Shown here: in pieces, positions 49,068 to 52,631 of the stretch
How the letters are laid out: the number at the start of each line of letters is the position of its first letter
How positions within the stretch are numbered: position 1 is the first letter of the stretch
Assembly (NCBI GenBank): GCA_000826855.1
Contig: JTLS01000013.1
Coordinates: forward strand, 1-52,631
Direction of reading: 5' to 3'
Length of the DNA stretch: 52,631 nt
Source: Basidioascus undulatus
Lineage: Eukaryota
Program-made: the position numbers and the translations under genes
The notes under the pieces: model-generated
Told to the model about the DNA's origin: nothing
What the model saw: only the letters and a program-made list of their open reading frames with translations
The model's database searches: none

Positions 49068-50265
49068 AGAATATGCTCTTAGTTATTGCTTTCAAGATCG
49101 CCTGGCTGTTGAGGACAGCCTTCGAGTGCTTGAACACCTGTTGAAGCTTTACGCTCCGCCACGGGGACGACCCGCACACGTCCGAGAGGCCGAGCAGGAA
49201 GTCGACAAGGAGTTGCTGTTCGAGACGTTCGAGGAGTTTCCGGGAGGATTTCTAAGTCTAGAAGCTCTGTCTTTCCTGGAAGACAAGATGCAGAAGGTAG
49301 GTCGTGCGCGGCCTCTTGGAGATAATTCGCTCATGTCCCGCTCCACAGTACCTGCAGTCTACCTGGCACCCAAGTGGCATCCCCTGGACGACTTGGCTGA
49401 CCTTCAAATACGAAATCTGCCTCTCCACTCACCCGCTGTTATCTGGGGTCCAATGCCCAGGACGCGTCCTCTGTGCCGCCTGCATGCGGGGCTGGATTTT
49501 GAGCCGGGTGGATCAGGGATTTTGGCCGGCACGGTGCCCGCTCTCGTCTCATCATGGTGAGTGTACAAAAACTAGGGAATACCTGTTTGCGCGTTGGACG
49601 ACGAGGCTACTTTTTCATTCATGAGGGGGATGCACAGTGGTCTCTGATAAAGTAGTCCAGTCCGTTCTTTCAAAGGGCGAGATGCGAAAGTGGAACAACT
49701 TGGAAGCTATCCAAGGAACGAGTCTCTACACCTATCCACGGTGCGCATTTTGCCTCCTTCAATTCCAGTGCGATTCGCTGCACTTATAGAAGTTCGTTCC
49801 CAGTTGCCACAACGACTTCCGAGTCGAGCGCGACATCCAACTGAAGAACCAAGACTCACCTGCCCGCGTTGGCGGTGTGGACGAATCTTCTTTCGCTGCT
49901 GCCAGAGTCGGGTGCCCTTGGGGGCTAGGGAATGCAAGACGTGCACTGGGCAGACGTTGTTTGACCAGCTGTTTAAACAGCAAGGCTGGAGACGCTGCCC
50001 AGCTGAGTCTATCCCTCTCACGCAGAGGGAGATGCTCGGGTTGACAATACTTTGCCTGTTATGGTCAGGCTGCAACGCACCTTGCGAGAGAACTTACGGC
50101 TGCAACCACATGCAGTGCACTGCGCCCGGGTGCAACACGTTAGCCTCCTCTACACAGTGCCTGCATCGGTGCAGCCGAAACACGGCTGACCTTCACTGCT
50201 TTACAGCCTCTTCGACTGGGCCTTCCGGTCAAGAATATGTATGTCTTTCCGAGGTACATGAGTGA
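49068..50265 (+). pseudogene. RBR (RING-IBR-RING) E3 ligase-like gene, apparently degenerate
   Basis: RING1 relic YEICL..CPGRVLCAACMRGWI..WPARCP, IBR-like LTCPRWRCGRIF..C, and RING2 WRRCP..CNAPCERTYGCNHMQCTAPGCNT. Several zinc ligands are substituted. Confidence 0.65.
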
Positions 50266-50714
50266 GTTTCCGCAAAGTGGCTGAACGCTGTATCCGCAGA
50301 ATGCCGGGTGGTCACCATTCTAGCGTTACATTGAACATTGCCAACGGAACCGCTTGGAAAGACATGTACTCATGCTCTCAAATTCTCGTTTCCTGGATTG
50401 GATATGTGTGGACTTTCGTGCGGGACTTTGATTGTTGGGGGAATGAAGGCAGTGGTTGAAGAAACCCAGCCCAGCGAGGTATGCTTCGCTAGGCCTGCGC
50501 TGGTCCAGGGCCTCCCGGCATACTGAAGACATTGCGCTTTTGCTCGATGCTCGACGGCGTGTGGAACTAGAGATTGAAAGCGAGAGAAACTGTCCCGTGT
50601 CCCGTGCACTGCTGAATACCATTGGCTCCCCTGTCGATCTCTGGTCGAGCCCGGCCCACCTGCCTTGACCACGCCGCTGCCCAACGTGTCGCAATAATTT
50701 CATCTTAACATTAT

Positions 50715-51549
50715 TCATAAAGTGATGACAACTACAAGCAGCGTGATCTCTATCGCGCCCACCAGTCCCGCAATAATGATCACCTCCAGCCCCGGCGTCC
50801 TAAAGTCCCTCCCGAACACGCGCGTAGCCGTGCGCTTGACTTCCCCCGCCGAGCTCGGAGGTCCCCGATTTGCCTGAGGCCGTGCCCCTGCGCACAGGTA
50901 GATGCGGGTCGGGTAAGTCCGGGGTTAGGCGGGGGGTAGGGGGAAGACAAGACGGACCTTGAAGAGCGGGAGAGGAAGAGTGCGCCGATGCCGGGGTGGG
51001 AGATTCCGGCGGGGGACGATACCGGTCCGCGAAGTCGTGCTGCGAGCGGTGGTTCCGGACGAAGGAGACGATGAAGAGGAGGAGGGCGAGGATGACGTAG
51101 AGGAGTCCGACTGGTGCCCGTGTCAGGATGCGCCGGAGAGGTTGTGGAGGGGAAGAGGGTGGGATGCACCTCGGTAGAACCGCCGGTCAAAGATCTTTAG
51201 CACCACCGCTGCGTAGGAGAGCGCCCCGAGCGCGGTCCGCGTGTACGCGCCGTCGAAAGTCCGCTGGCGCGCTCTCAACTGTTCACAGGCATGCATCCAT
51301 GCCATACCTGTCGTGTGAGCCAATTCTCCCTTGTGTGGAAGAGAGAAGGAGAGGGAGTGCGATGGAGTGGAGATTGGGGCATGGCCGGGTAGAGGAGAGA
51401 CGCACCTCGACAAGCTCATCTGTGTCCTCAGGCACGAAAGACGCCCTCCGGTGCCCATGATACGTGTGCTTTGGGGTGCGCGCGCGGGATGAGGATGGCG
51501 GGTTGAGGGTGGCTGCTGATGTTGCGGCTGAATTGGGGGGATAGGGCAT
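50715..51549 (-). CDS. DUF202-like small membrane protein, 4 exons
   Basis: YHGHRRASF..DELVELRARQRTFDGAYTRTALGALSYAAVVLKIFDRRFY..GLLYVILALLLFIVS..FRTPGLEVIIIAGLVGAIEITLLVVVITL; GT-AG joins are in frame. Confidence 0.75.
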
Positions 51550-51904
51550 GCCGGGGGTGGTGCGGAGTGGGGGATGGGTACAAAGGTCTGGGACGTGGAA
51601 CAGGAGAGGGGATACTGGAAAAGATTGCGTTGTGTGGAACGTTTGGCAGGTTGAGAGAAGGAAAAGAAGAATGTGTGAGGGACGATGGTGATGGTGCAAT
51701 GAGAACCAAGGAAGGCTGTCCAACGTCGCGATGTCGCCCCGCACGAGGCGCGGCGGATTCATTGCGATTGGCCTTCAGGGACAACCGGGGTGCAACTTCA
51801 GAATTGCAGCTCAGTTGTATGGTCTCTTGCAATGGCTGTAATCTATCATATTCTCTCCAATCTTTCGAGTCGCGCTCTCCCATTCACAAAACAATAGCGA
51901 TCTA

Positions 51905-52631
51905 TCACCCCCTCCCCGTCCCTCCACCAGCCATCCTCCTCATAGCCGCCTCCCTCATCCGTCTCCTTCTCTCCTCCCTCTCCCCTACCGAGTCCCCAGA
52001 ACCCTCCACATCCGCTCCCTCTCCTCCTCCAACCCCCCCGGCACCTAATCTATGACCGCCATGATCCACGCGGTCCGGTGTCGGGATCGGCTCGTACGTG
52101 TCCCCGCGCCGCCCGCCCGCGAGCGTCCGCCCCGCGGTGGACTCCGCGTCGTAGAGCGCTGCTTCGCGGTTAAGTTGGGAGTTGAGGGTTTTGAACTGCG
52201 TGGATGAAATGAAAGAGAAGGTTAGTGGGGATGCGGGGGGGTAGGCGGGGGCTTGGGGAGGACGCACGTCGGTACCGTGTCCGCCGTAGACTGCCAAAGG
52301 ACGTATGTGAGAAGGCGAGTAATACCAGCAGACTTTAGTGAAATCATCGCACCATTATGCGTCAACTCATGCAACAGTACCCTCCGCACCTCGCTGTACG
52401 CCCTAAATCCATCTAAACGATCGGTCCTCAATCTCAGCTGTATCAGCTCCCCCATGTTCGTCTGTTCCCCATCGCCCCAAAAGAAATCATCAGCGCCATC
52501 CCCCACAGCTCCCTTCTACCACCGCCTTACGCACATTGACACCCAGCAACTCCGGCCTCTCCAGCGGGTGCATCTCCCCGAGCGTGCCGACGCTCCACCG
52601 GTGCTCCCGCATGATGCGCACTATCGACGGG
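51905..52631 (-). CDS. WLM-domain zinc metallopeptidase (Wss1 family), 3' part
   Basis: IMREHRWSVGTLGEMHP..LLGVN..GELIQLRLRTD..GFRAY..VLLHELTHNVYGGH..FKTLNSQL (HExxH). The 5' end lies outside the window. Confidence 0.9.

Noticed and set aside
1..52631. CRISPR array, rRNA, telomeric repeats, intact transposon or biosynthetic gene cluster
   Set aside because: No periodic repeats, rRNA signatures, transposase/RT ORFs or PKS/NRPS backbone were seen; neighbouring genes appear functionally unrelated.

Overview
Eukaryotic, intron-rich fungal DNA. GT-AG introns with CTRAC branch sites, C/T-rich sense strands and the gene content point to a basidiomycete (inference). Recognisable intact genes, identified by manual splicing and motif recall (no database search was run): RPS24; a UPF0132/DUF4870-type membrane protein; an SHB17-like histidine phosphatase; a C2H2 zinc-finger protein; TRS85/TRAPPC8; a Ser/Thr-rich single-pass membrane protein; a 17-exon CE4 (HpPgdA-like) deacetylase; an arrestin-like PPxY protein; a MARVEL protein; a peroxisomal PCS60-like CoA ligase ending in AKL; an intron-containing tRNA-Pro(CGG); a DUF202-like protein; and a partial WLM (Wss1-type) protease. 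Between them lie decayed genes (MFS monocarboxylate transporter, aldehyde dehydrogenase, RRM protein, RecQ fragment, RBR ligase). Two observations stand out. (1) Two spliced genes at 7.8-8.4 kb and 15.8-16.7 kb, neither complete in the ORF track, are diverged paralogues that share an unnamed domain and an intron position. (2) An aldehyde dehydrogenase gene has its central ~930 bp inverted in place, with a 6-bp overlap at one junction. I found no convincing multi-gene novel pathway or system; the paralogous family is the best candidate for undescribed biology.
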